A stretch of DNA of 64,000 nucleotides from Eledone cirrhosa. Lineage: Eukaryota. The DNA lies in NCBI GenBank assembly GCA_964016885.1, contig OZ024763.1, positions 19,592,001 through 19,656,000 on the forward strand, given 5' to 3'. The position numbers were made by a program, and so were the translations under genes. How positions within the stretch are numbered: the stretch's first letter is position 1; every line of letters begins with the position of its first letter. The notes under the pieces are model-generated. The model was given only the letters and a program-made list of their open reading frames with translations. It made no database searches and was not told the origin of the DNA. Shown piece by piece: positions 38,073 to 54,400 of this stretch.

Positions 38073-40060
38073 GTTGCAACACTAACTTCAAGAAGCCTAC
38101 CAACCACCTAATAACCTACCAATCAAGCGAGCACATAAGCCAGATTGACTTCTTGCTAGTTAGGCAATGAGACAGACAGATGGTGTCAAATACTAAGGCA
38201 TACCCCGGGGAAGAATGTATCCAGTGACATCTCAATAAACAAGAGACATACAGGAAGGTGTGGAAAAGGAACACCTGGAAGCTAAAAGACCTTTCACTAA
38301 AATATGAATTTAGGAAAGCCTTCAAGATGTGTATGACGCAAAAGAAGACGATTCAGAATCGTGTGACATAGATGATAACTGGAATTTCTTACTTGACAAC
38401 TTACTGTAGGCTACTGAAGACACTTATGGCTGGAGCAGAGCTCCGACCAGACAAAGAGTGACCTGGTGGTGGAACAGCATGGTAGATAGGGCCATTAGCG
38501 ACGAAACGCTAGCATGGGATGCTTGGAAAAAATGGTGGGAGTAGAGACCGATACACAGCCGCTAAGAGAGAAGCTAGACGTCAGGTGTACTTAGCAGGCA
38601 GGGAGGCTGAGAGTAAGAGGTTTGCCAATGTTCTGTGATGGGAAGATCAGAGACGTGCAGTATTTTGCATTTCAAGGCAGTGTGTCAGTGTAAATCAGGA
38701 TGTTGTTGGAGATAAGTGTGAAATGATGCTGCTGTACTTAGTGTCACTAATGATCAGAAAAGGGAGGCCTAGAAATGTCATTATGACAGACTAATTGGAG
38801 AAAGTATCAAATTAGATGAGATGCAGTTTGGTTTTGTGCCTTGGAAAAGTACAACAGATGCCCTCTTCTTAGTAAGACAACTACAAGAGAGGTTCTTAAA
38901 GAAGAATAAGCCACTATACTTAGCTTTTGTTGACCTAGAGAAGGTCTTTGATAGGGTACCCTGATCTGTCATCATAATGGAGTTTACTGAGGAATTCCAG
39001 ATACAAGTAGGAGTACATCAGGGTTCGGTCCTCAGCCCGCTGTTGTTCATTATAGTCCTCCAAGCCATAACAGAGTAGTTTAAGACTGGCTGCTCATGGG
39101 AACTTCTCTATGCTGACAATCTGGTAATTATAGCAGAATCAGTAGAGGAGCTAGAGAATAAATTCTGGCAATGGAAACAGCAGTTGGAATCAAGAGGACT
39201 AAGAGTGAACCTAGCTAAGACAAAAGTGTTGATAAGTAGAAAAAGAGACAAAACCATGATTCCATCATAAATTCTATAAAATGTACACAATGCAGATCTT
39301 GGATACACAAGAGATGTAGTGGGATAGGAGGCAAACTTACAGGTAGGGAAAACCATGTATGCAGTAGATGTACAGGTAAATTTTTGACAGTAGAAGTCGA
39401 AGTGACAGATACATTTTTCAAATGCAGGTGGGTTCTATAGAAGTGGTTCACAGCTTCCGGTACCTAGGTGATCAGATTAGCATGGGAGGAGATGTTCCGA
39501 GGCCATAGTATCTAGAATAAGGACAGGTTGGAAGAAGTTTAGGGAGCTGCTTACTCTGTTGACCTAGAAGGGTTTCTCCCTACGAACGAAAGGCCGGTTA
39601 TATGATGCCTGTGTGAGATGCGCAATGCTGGATGGTAGTGAGACATGGGCAGCAACTGCAATGGATATGCGACGGCTGGAGAGGAATGAAGCAAGCATGC
39701 TCTGTTGGATGTGCTATGCCAGTGTGCGTGAACAACCAAGCATAGATGAGTTGAGAGAGAAACTGTGTAGAAGAGGGATAAGTTGTAGTGTGCGGGAGAG
39801 AAGACTTTAATCGTATGGACGTGTGATGCGCATGGAGGATGACCACTGGGTAAATAAGTGCCAAGAAATGTCAGTAGAAGGAAGACGCAGTAGAGGAAGA
39901 CCACAAAAACATGGATGGAGGTGGTGAGAGCAGACCTCAGATCGCTGAAGCTCACAGAGGAGATGACAGAGGTCAGTGAGAAGTGAAGAAATGTTGAGCT
40001 GAATAGGACCCATCCCACCATTGCAAGCAGAGAAAAGTGGATGTAAAATAGTGATGATGA
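38073..40060 (+). mobile_element. Degraded RTE LINE, unit 3
   Basis: Copy of the unit-2 element at offset 16075. Confidence 0.9.
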
Positions 40061-41289
40061 TATATGTAGTGTATATAATAGTTGTAATGTCACCAGTGCC
40101 AATCTATATCAGCTTTTCTCTTGGTCAACATGATATATAGTCTGTATATATTGGACAATATTATATATAGAGTATATGTGGTGTAAATAATAGTTGTTAT
40201 GACGACATTCTATATACATATGTACACACACACTGACAAACATGTATTTACATATCGAAGGATTTATGAGTATTTCATAGGCTAACCAAGTTACTCTCAT
40301 GGAATGAAACGATGTATACACATATATACTTATACATATGTATACAAACACATATTTTATAGTAAAGACATACATCATATTGTAATATCATGTTTTCAAT
40401 TCTTAGCGAGGTAGGTACATTGTGTCCTTAAGCAAGACACATCATTCCACATGTCTCTCATCTCCACAGCTGAAAAACACAAGTAGCAGAATTTGGAGGT
40501 TTAGCATGGGCTGGAATATTCTCTGCCTCCAACCTTTTCACTTCGGCCACAAACCCAGACTTTGCTACCTGCTGTAGAGAGAAGAAGAAGGAATTAGAAT
40601 GACAACAGTCCACTTGAGGAAGGAGTCCCATGGGATGGAATGGATGTTGTAGTGGGTACCTCTGGCTATTCTCCATGGTAACACCTTTGCCATTTTGTCT
40701 GTAGGGTGGGGCTGAATCACAGCTCAGACTGAAATATAATGTCTGTCCCTTTGCCTCTCCCATTATTTTCGTTGCTTGGGCGGTGGATTGGCAGTATCGG
40801 TAGAGGGTCAGACGCCATATTTTGACGCATAGAGTTACGGCCTTGCCGTTCTGCCTTCAAATCCCGCCGCAGTTAACTTTACCTTTCATCCTTACAGGGT
40901 CGATAAAATAAAGTGCCAGTCACGCACTGGGGTCGATTTAATGTACACCCCCCCCCCCCAAAAAAAAAAATTACTGGCCTTGTGCCTAAATAAGAAACCA
41001 TTATTTATACAAATCTGATTAAAGAACTAGCATATTGATTGAACGTGTGAATTAACATAACTGAAGGTCTTTCTGAATGTATTAAATTATGTAGGGGACT
41101 CTTAAGCCATGGCACCGACTTCAAGTAGCCATTAGAAAATTATCATCTACCTCGGCTCCATCGTTACCACTTGTTACCGTCGTTACCACATAAAATGTGA
41201 AGATTGAGAAATCCTTCTCTTATACATATCAACATATAAGCGTGTGTATATATATATGTTTTTATTTAATATTTATATATATATATATA

Positions 41290-44200
41290 CAGCGGTGGTA
41301 CCCGGCGTTGCACGGGATAAGGTATTTTGGAATGCGGGCTGCCAGCAGACCTAATCGTGGAAAAACTGCATGCCTGGACAATATGTAAAGAAAATAAACC
41401 GAATACTCTGATGGCTGGATAATCTAAGATTAAACCTGCCTTTTCCTGAAGCAGGAAAAGGCAAGTTTTCACCTAATTCGATCTAAAGGGGACCCACCAA
41501 TTCAATACACTCATTTCCATTGGCTGCAAGGAAAAATGTTCATACACGCATATAGAATAGGTAATAATTTATGATAGAGTAGACAGCATCATAGATGACA
41601 GAGTTAGCATGTTCCGTGAAAACTTTATTAACTGCGAAGACGGTGGTCTATCTTCAGAAAAAAAACAACATCCAATAAAACTAGTTTTGCAATCGATTAT
41701 TCACCAACAAAAATTCGTATGTACAACAAATCGTCCATCTAAAACTTTACTTTCACATTCGAGCACATCACTTGTTCTACAGTTCTAATTTGCGATGTTT
41801 TAGTTTAGAAATTTTTCAATCACGATGCTGAAGTCAATTTTTTCAGCCAGTTCTCGCTCTATGTACATCATTGCCAGAGCATTCAACCGCTCTTCACTCA
41901 TGGTACTACGCAAATAATTCTTTCGAATACTCGTCGAAGATAGTGTCATTTTCGATGTCACCCTCGTAGAATTTCACAAGATTATCGATTCTCTCTCTAT
42001 TGCATGTGTCGTCGTCGTCGAAGTGCGCCGGTATCAAGCACGAAAAATCCTTCACTAGATCGTGCAAGTCGGCAAAACGTTCGTTAAAGCTACTAATGAT
42101 TCTATCTAAGATAGTGAAATAAACGTCCCGTTTAAAATGCTGACTCATCGTCTCATGAGGTTCGTCATGAAAACGCTTCTTTTTTCTTTTCCGTTTTTCT
42201 GTTGTAAACTCTGGTTCAACTTGACATTGCCCGGCGAGAATTTTAGCGTCTGATAATGTTCGGTCAAAATATTCATTTGAGCGGATATCTTCAATTTCTT
42301 TTACTACATTTTTAATCATGACGTCCGCGGAATATAAGTCGATAGCCTCCTTCTGCAAATATTGTGAAACAGAATGCAGCTTTTTAAGTAAATTCTGAAA
42401 CTTCAACATGAAAATGAATTCAAACTTGCTCACATTTAGTAGCAAACCTCTGGCCTCGGCTAATACTTTTGGAGCAGTGTTGTGAACATCCCCACTTATT
42501 ATCCTCTCTAGTGCACTTATTACTGCCGGTAAGTTGTTAATGGTAGCCTCTACAGCCTGAATGTGACTAAACCAGCGCGTATCTGAGAGTCTTTTTAATG
42601 TTAATACCGTTGAAATCAATAGTTTTTCTTGTTCTTCTTCGAGGATTTTCAGCGGTGGCAAGCTTGATGTTAAGAAAACATACAGGCTCTCCAATATACC
42701 AAAAAATAATTTACCATCCACTGACGATTGGCTAGCATCGATTAACACCAGGTTCAGGTTATGAGCGCAACAATGGACGTAAACAGCTTTCGAAGAGCAT
42801 CTCTCTTTAACTCTAGCCTGAAGCCCAGAAATATGGCCAGACATATTCGACACTCCGTCGTAAGCTTGTCCCCTAATATATTGAGCATCCAAGGATAGAT
42901 CCTGGAAAAGAACTTTCACAAGCGAATCGTAAAATGATTCAGTGGCTGCTGATTCTAGTTCACAAAACGACAGGAAATGCTCCTGTGCGTGGCCACTTTT
43001 CGATACATATTGCAGTGACAGAGCATTGATCCTGATGCGAAATATCTATTGTGGAATCGATGATGACTGAATAGTATTTTACCGCTTTCACTTCCGTGAT
43101 TATTTGTTGAGTACATTCGTTTGCCAGGCATTCTATGAATTCGTTTTGTAATTTTGGACTTAAGTACATAGGCTGTCCTTTAGTGCGCCCAGGCGAGAAT
43201 AAATGGCTTTCCAAGATCGTATCATACTTAGCCATCAATTTCAACAATTCAATAAAGTTTCTTTCATTTTTTGATTTGGCGCCAAGTCCAGCATATTCCC
43301 TGTGACCTCTGAAGGGGAGGCCTTGTTTTGCGAGAAATAACGTACAATCAAGCAATCGCCTCAATATCTGGCGATTTCGTTCAATTCGCTTCTTCTCTTC
43401 ATGGATGAGGTTATCGATCACTGTTTTATCTGCGTCCAAACGATATTTTGTCATGAAGTATTACTTTTGTGAATTGACGTGAATGGCACTTTTCTCATGC
43501 TTGGCAATTTTTTAGAATCCCCATTTTGAAGTTTGCCATCCCACACTCTGGATTACCCCAAGTCTTCGAGTAAGATTCGGCATTTTTATCAGCAAACAGC
43601 CAACAACAAAAGCAATATAGTCTGTTGGATTCAGGAGAGTATACTAACCAGTGTCGGTCAACTTTATGGATTCCAGCACACTTTCTCTTGTACCAACTGA
43701 TATTGAATTTTCTGTGGTTCGAGTCGAGAGGGAAATCAGCAAAATTATCTTTCAATCCTGGCTGACAAGGACCAACGGCCATGAGGGCGCGAATTAAAGG
43801 TGTCGTCAATGGTCTGTCCTTGAAATGTTTTCGGTCGCCTGGATACTTCTCTTGTAAATTCAACATGCATTCTACTGGCTCATACTCTGCGATTTGTTTT
43901 GCCAGTGTAGTTTCCTCTGAATCATTTTCATTTTCAGATTCCGATATAGCCATTTTTCCCTCTATTGAGTTCGGATCCCCAGTTGGAACTACATCTTCAG
44001 TGACTACGACGGTTGTTGAGATAGTCGATGGACCTGAGGCATCTTCGACATCAGGTTCTCATGACCCTCCAGTGCTTTTCTGTTTCTCCAGTTCATCTGA
44101 CCAGACTGACTCGCCAAATATTCCGGCAGTTACGTTTCTTTGGGATGCGTCACTACTTGTTGACGAAGACTGTTGACTTTTCAGAAAACTTGTGATTAGA

Positions 44201-45408
44201 TGACATTTTGCAGATTCTTCTGTGGCAGCTTGTCTAGCTTCTCTCCTCTTTGTTGCTCCAGTTTAGTAAGTTTTTTTTAGGCAGCATTGTTAATGAGCAC
44301 TATATTGACACTGTTTTCCAGTGGCTTTGTCTTTAAAAAAAATTCTTCCATTTTCCTGTTTCTCTTTTTTTTTTCTATAAGTCTTTAAGTGCCGAAATAG
44401 CTTGTGATTAGAAAGCCACTTCACTTACCGCATTTCTCTGGTCGTGGCAAGTCGTTGGCTGGTTTTCCTCTCTTCCACGTGTGTACAATCCAGCTCGCCG
44501 ATCGCAGCCTCAAATCGCACGTCTGTCTCAGTCCGATGACCGCCGTAGAAAAGAAGGGGCCTCTCAAGCTGACGTCACATCTGCTCGACTTTCCGGTCGA
44601 GCACGCTTCCGGTCAAGCACGCCCAGCCTCCGGCCACTACACACCACACCATTCCCACAATGTGCATTATATTGACGCACTTGGAATAATGCAATTTGCT
44701 TGATTTGATATTCAACACCGAAGAATGTAAAACATGTCAAATAATCGACGAAAAGCAAATACCAAGTTGTTCTAAAATGTGACTAATGATAAAAAGTAAC
44801 AACATAAATAAAAATATTATATATATATTTTCTATATAATCACACAATATATAGATATATATATTTGTGTGAATATACTCATGCATAATTATACTTTTAA
44901 TTAAATATTAGGTTAAAAACCTGAGTATAGAGAATAACATAAGCATGTATTACAACATTTCAAACAAATAAAATAATATACAATTTAGATATCAAATCAT
45001 TTATTTATATTTACAAATCAAAGAATATAATAATCGGTTTTTAATGAGATCCCTGTGATTGATGCAAGGCTACTAGTTTGTCAATGTTTAGTGTGAAAGC
45101 CGTTAGAGAGAGTCCTAAATCACATCTTCTTTCTATATCAAGGCGATTTTGACTTTTTGAAAGCAGATGCATCACCTGACTCAACTAAATAAGATGTGGG
45201 GAAAGCAAGTGAAAAAAATTTAGCGTTTTTATTTGACGGAATATTGTCTACACAGATTAAGCGTTTTCTTTACGTTGTTGTAGTTAAGGATTCGTAATTA
45301 CATGTGTAATAAGTTATGTGTTTAGAATTATAGCCTAGGGGTCCCACCTAGACCGACAGGAAAGCTAGGTGGGCGGCAGCCCCCCCCCCCCTGTTAGTTA
45401 CGCCACTG
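41290..45408 (-). mobile_element. Defective hAT transposon, unit 3
   Basis: Copy of the unit-2 element; the poly-C tract near the TIR is 2 nt shorter. Confidence 0.85.
41777..44287 (-). pseudogene. hAT transposase pseudogene, unit 3
   Basis: ORF fragments 41906-42919, 42960-43454 and 43495-43953 translate identically to units 1-2. Confidence 0.92.
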
Positions 45409-47441
45409 GCTGAGAGTAGGATGACCTGATGAGCTGGCTCCTGTGGTGGATACCTAAACATAGTAAGACCCTAGCGGGATGACTGAGATTGACCTACATA
45501 GATCAAATGTCTCTGGATGTCCAGCTGGAGATTAATGATCTCAGGAATGCCATGGAAGATCGTGATATCTAAAAGAGAAAAGTAGAATTGTTCTGGCCAA
45601 TCCACCTGATCTAATTAATAATAATAATAATAATATATATTGATGAAAATTAATTACAGTGAAATATGTTGGAAATCATTCTCAGATACATCCTGTAGAG
45701 AGTTCCACTTTATATTATTTGTCATTAAGGTTTCTTACAGAGACACAATCTCATTTCATTGTTGAGGGTGGTGGATAGGCAGAATCAGTAGAGCATTCGA
45801 CAACATACTTTCTGTCATATAGTTACATCCCTTTACATTCTGCTGATTTCCTCCTCAAAATTAGAAAGACAACAGCCCACATGAGGAAGGAGTTCCACGA
45901 AGTGGAGTGGATGTTGCAGTAGGTGACAGGAGTATAACGCCTGTCCCTCTCTCATTGGTGGATTGGCAGTATTGGTAGAGGGTCAGACACTATGCTTTGA
46001 CGCATAGATTTACGGCCCTTTCCATTCTGAGTTCAAATCCCGCCGAGGTCAACTTTGCCTTTCATCCTTACATGGTCGATAAAATAAAGTACCAGTAATG
46101 TACTGGGTAATTGCTGGCCTTGTGACAAAATTAAAAAAACAATTATTTTAGTTGCTTGGGCAGTGGATTGGAAGTATCGGTAGAGGGACGCCTTGCAGCA
46201 AAGAGTTACGGCCTTTTATGGTCTGAGTTCAAATCCCGCCGAGGTTAACTTTGCCTTTCATCCTTACGAGGTCTATAAAATAAAGTACCAGTAATGGCAT
46301 AATTGCTGGCCTTGTGCCAAAAGTAGAAAAAATTATTTTAGTTGCTTGATTCGTTTTCGTTTTTCTTCTTTACATTTCAGTTTTTTTTTTATGAACTTTA
46401 ATAATGTGTTTTGTTTTAATATGAACAGTGATGTAAAATTCGTGATATTATTTATACAAATCTGAATAAAGAACTAGCATATTGATAGAAAGTGTGAATT
46501 AATATAACTGAAGGTTTTTCTGAATTTATTAAATTAAGTAGGGGACTTTTAAGTCATGACACCGACTTCAAGTAGCCATTAGAAAATTATCATCTACATC
46601 GGCTCCAACGTTACCACTTGTACTTAATCTAATTTTATCTTTTGTGGTGATTATTTCATATTAAGGTAGACATTAATGTTTATATATAACATAAGGTGAT
46701 TTATGTTCCTTATAGTTGTTGTTTTATCACCTGTATTATTAAATATTTCATTTCATCACAAACAACCCCCATCGTGAAGTTGGTTGTTCAACATTTTACA
46801 GAACAGGAAAATATTATTTTAGTCAGAAATCAGTGAACATTTAGTTTTTACTAAATTTTCTTGACATTATATTTGGTCTTCAAAACTGAAGTACGTATTA
46901 TTTCGTTTTCCATCACAGCACAAACATTGTGAACTTTTCTACTATCTGTAGTGAAATATCTTGATTTATTACAACACGTACACACACACGTCTATTTATT
47001 TCTCTCTCTCATACGTACACACTGTATGTCTGTATATATATATTAACCTTCATCTTATGTAATTATGAATATTAATTCTCTTGTGACCTGAATTGTCGTC
47101 AATAACAAGGACCTTTGTTTCGAAGACATATTCGTCTGTTTTATGAGCTGAAGATTTTAGTGTGCCTACTGCTTCTCTCACTATAACAAAAATAATAGTG
47201 GAATACTCCAGAATAATTTCTCTCTCTCTTCATCCAAGATCAGTTTTACGCTGCCATGCGTCTTATTACTTATACCGAGTGCTACATTACAACTTTGTAG
47301 AAGAAGAAAGCCGTGTCCTGCAGTCTTTTATGGACACTGTTGTATATTAGACTACATAGTATCTATTGACGATTTCTACATTTCTTAATATATGAGTAAA
47401 AGTGATGAGAATCCTTTATGTAAAGATCACTAGCTAGAAAT

Positions 47442-49864
<2,423 letters not shown>

Positions 49865-51499
49865 AAACCTTATACATGTGACATATGTGGGAAACTTTTC
49901 ACTAAGAGTTCTGATCTTGTAGTTCACAAAAGAATACACACTGGTCAAAAATCCTTGCAATGTGAAATATGTGGGAAATCCTTTGCCTCTAACAGTAAAT
50001 GGAAAAGACATACAACAATACACACTGGAGAAAAAACCTTATTCATGTGAAGTTTGTGGGAAATCTTTCCCTCAGAACTCTTCACGAGTTGTTCACAAAC
50101 GTAGTCAACACTAGTGTTAAACCCCATTACTGGGAAATATGAAACATTAATAAACACACAAACAGTTGGAGTAAGAATATGAAATGTGATAAATGTTACT
50201 GTTACACATTGAAGCATATATATACACACATACACACACACACACACACACAATCTTGACTCACAAACGTAATTCATTCCTGAAGGCCGATCGTCAGCCA
50301 AATTGTTTGTAAACCAAAACTATTTTTCCCATATGAAATTTTAAGAGAGAAATACAGGGAGAGAGGGAGTGTAAAAGACTGATAGATATCACCATAGTAA
50401 CTAACTACGCAGCAAGTGACACTTTCCTGCTGATACTCCCAGCTTGTTGCCAACCTTTGTTGCTGGCTTGTGTGTTCATTACTTGAGACACCGTTCATCA
50501 ATGAAGATGTTTTATGTACAGATTTGTTTTTAATGAGAGGAGTTTGTGATTTGAGGTTCCACTGTATATATATCAGTGTTGTAGTTTGATTGAAGCATTG
50601 TTGATAGGAAACACATTTAAATAATTTTGAAAACCATACATTACGCTAGAAAATTAAAATTTCCAAAATATAGAATCTTTACCTTGGCAAATTTACCAAA
50701 TATTTTAGTGTTTTAAAACCTATTATTGATCCTTTAAGTCTCTCACAGGGATACTCGCTTGTATGGGTTTCAAAATTATTTAAATTTGTGTTTCATATAT
50801 ATATGTATATATATATGTACTTCTCTATCAATTGTAAGAAATAAACTGCCATATATCAAAGATTACCACAAAAACTAGGCAGTAGAGTACAAGATATGCT
50901 GGACACTGCTACTGAAGCAAGGATGACCTGATGAGCTGGCTACTGTTGTGGATACCTAAACATAGTAAGAACCTAGTGCGATGACCAAGATTGACTTACA
51001 TAGATCAGATGTCTCTGGATGTCCAGCTAGAGATTAATGATCTCAGAAATGCCAGACATCTAAAAGAGAAGAGTAGAGTTGTTCCTGCCAATCCACCTGA
51101 CCTAATAAATGATAATGATAATAATATATATTGATGAAAATTAATTATGGTGAAATATGTTGGAAATTATTCTCAGAGGTTTTGTATTGTAATCCACAAA
51201 TACACCGTGGAAAGTTCTACTTCATATTATTTGTCATTGCCATTCTGAATTCAAATCCCGCCGAGGTTAACTTTGCTTTTCATCCTTACGGGGTCGATAA
51301 AATAAAGTACCAGTAATGCACTGGGTAATTGCTGCCCTTGTGCCAAAAGTAGAAACAATTATTTGTCATGTTGAGGGTGGTGGATTTACAGAATCTAGTG
51401 TCAGATGATATGCTGCTGAGGTTAGCTTTACTTTTCTTCCTCAGGTTCAGTAAAATAAAGTACCAGTAATCCACTGGGGTTGATTTAATCAACTTTCTC

Positions 51500-54400
51500 C
51501 TTCCCTCCCAATTGCTGGCCTTGAGTTAAAAGTAGAAACATTTATTTAAAGTCTCTAAAACAATGGATAGAATGCTTTCTGCCATATTTCTTCTGGTTTT
51601 CCGCTCTCTGAGTTTAAATCCTGCTGAGGTCAAATTTGTCTTGCATCTATTCAAGGTTGATAAAAAACAATACCAGTCTAATACTGGGGTCTGTTTTTCC
51701 TTTATATTTCTTCCACTCTCTCATTCTCTTTCCTTCTCTGGAAGAAATCAACTGTTCTAACCTGGTGAGTGATGGGCTCCACCAAGCTTCAAATATCCAC
51801 AGTGGCACCCTTATGACTACATCATTTAAAAAAACAAAAACTAAAGATTTAGGTCTTCATTTTATAAATCTTACCTGGTTTATATTTATGACAAAATATC
51901 CATGTGTATTATGTGTAAATAAAACCAATTTTATAACTAATATTTGTTGGATGGTACTTTCATGACAGTTCAAATTATTAACATTTGAAAATACTTTAAA
52001 ACTCTCTCTTTTTCTTCACCCATTTATTCCTGGGAGGGTTGTAGGAGGTAGAGTCCTCACCCGTTTATAGGTCCTATATGTGTAAAGTTTCCACAACAGA
52101 TACACACCACATACCACAACACATCCAGACCAGGTAGTTATACCTACCCAGTATCTTGATTTTAGTAATTTTTTTTTGTAACAAATCTCAACATCCGAGA
52201 CCTTACTAAGTGGAGTTGATTTCATCAGATTGGACCAAGGAAACAATGTTTCCATTGGTCTTTCCAATTGATGATATAATCTACAATCTACTAGTTGTAA
52301 CTCCGGGTAGGTAGAAGAAAGTGAAATAAAGTGTCTTGCTGAAGGACTTAACACATCACCTAGTCTAGGTATTGTACTCAGGACCTCATGATTGTCAATC
52401 CAACTCTCTTACCACTAAGCCACATGTCTTCCTAAGTTTCAGTGGGTCCCTTGAAGTCGATGAGTAAAAAGGTAATAGAATATTGGTTAGGGTGGTGGAT
52501 AAACTTGTGAGTTCAATTCCTGCGATTGGCAGCATGTTCTGTCATACAATAAGAAAATTTATTGCATGTTGCTTCAGTCAAATCAGCTGGAAAAAATTAG
52601 TTGTGACAATTCTGGTTCTAAGGTATGACTTTTCTTTGGACAACATCATATAGACTATATATATATTGTGTGTACTGAATATATATATATATAGTGATAA
52701 CCTGGTATGTATAGCCCTTTAATTCTTAGTCCAGATTGTTCCATCAGCAATATATGTCAACTAATGTGTCTACAATGATTTCAGTTGGTGAAAGGTTGTT
52801 GACATCCATGCCAGATGATGTTGTCAGTTTGTGGGTCATTTTGGAATGTGTTCCACCAGGTTATCTTCGGCTGGCCTCTTTTCCACGTGGCTTCAGGGAG
52901 TATCCATGTTATTGCTGTTTTAGACAGGTGGTCTTTTGGGAGGTGCAGAATGTGACCCGCAAAATGGAACCAACATTCCATGATGATCTCCTGCAGTGTA
53001 TGTGACCCTGCTCTCCACAGCTGACCTTTAGTTTCTTATGCAGGCACCTTTGATGGAAAGTTTTTAGAGACCTATTCATCTTCACAGTCATAGATGGCCA
53101 TGGGAAGTACAATGCTAGTGTATAAGCGCAGCTTGAAATACATGCTGAGGGCTCTGTTTGACCAAATCGAGTGCATCCATTGGAACACCACAGTCACCTT
53201 TACAAACCTGCAGTTGATTTCCACCTCAAAGTTGCCACTGTTGATCAGAACACTGCCCAGTATATATAGAGGATATTTATATAGTGTATATATTAGTTGT
53301 GATGACACTGGCACCAAGTTATATCAGCCATTGACCTCACTTTGGATAACATCATATAGTGTGTGTATAGAATATATATTTATTGGTAGAAATTCCAGAA
53401 AAAAGAACGAAGATCCCCTCAGGGAAATGGCCTTGTCCAATATGTAGGATAGTTGTTGGTAGAAATTCCATCCTCTGCCCCATATACAAAATGTCGGTAC
53501 GCAGGAGATGTAATGGGATCTCAGGAAGTTTAGCTCTGAATGTAGGCTCTATGTGTGGCAGTTGCACTGGAACAGTAAACAGCAAATAAGGGCTACCAAA
53601 TTCTCAGACGGGTCTGTAGAAACAGTAGATAGCTCCTGCTACTTAGGTGCCCGAAGTAGCAGTGGTGTTGGGTGTACTGAAGCTACAGTAGCCAGAGTAA
53701 GAACGGGATGGAGGAAGTTCAGGGAACTGCTGGCTACGAAAGGCTTCTCCCTCAGAATGAAAGGCACACTTTATGATGCGTGCATACATATAGCTATGCT
53801 ACATGGTAGTGAGACTTGGGCGCTGTGTACTGAAGACTTGTGTAGATTGGAAAGAAATGAAGCATAAATCAACTGAGAAAGAAACTAGGCATAAGAGGAA
53901 TCAAATGCCGTATGCAGGAGAGGAGATTGCTTTGGTGTGGACATGTGTTGCGTATGATGGAAGACAGCTGTATAAAAGTGTGCAGAGCGCTGAAAGTCAT
54001 TGAAATCTTTGGAGTGGGGAGACACAGGAAGACCTGGGATGAGGTAATGAAATCCGACCTTGCCCAATTTCACCTCTCAGAAGAGATGACACATGACCAG
54101 GATCTCTGGAGATGTGCAGTAATACAGAAGACCCGACTTCCCACGAGCACAAGCTGAAGCATATGTACAGTATGCCCCCCAACCACACTAAGGTGGACGT
54201 GTAAAAGACACGATAAAAAGCGCCCAGCCCACACTGTCAATGTGGTTGGTATTAGGAAGGGCATCCAGCTAGAAACACCCCTATATGAGCAGACAGTCAC
54301 CCAACACAGCTTGCCGCAAAATAGGACCCATCCAACCCATGCTAGCATCGAAGATGGACATTAATCAATGATGATGATATATATGTAGTGTACACAGTAT

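Noticed and set aside
9140-41290. Helitron rolling-circle replication or hAT transposition as the cause of the 16-kb array
   Set aside because: The array edge fades into a paralogous cassette at 46.7-51.5 kb rather than stopping at an element end; there is no 5' TC junction next to the hairpin and no Rep/Hel ORF. Unequal crossover fits better.
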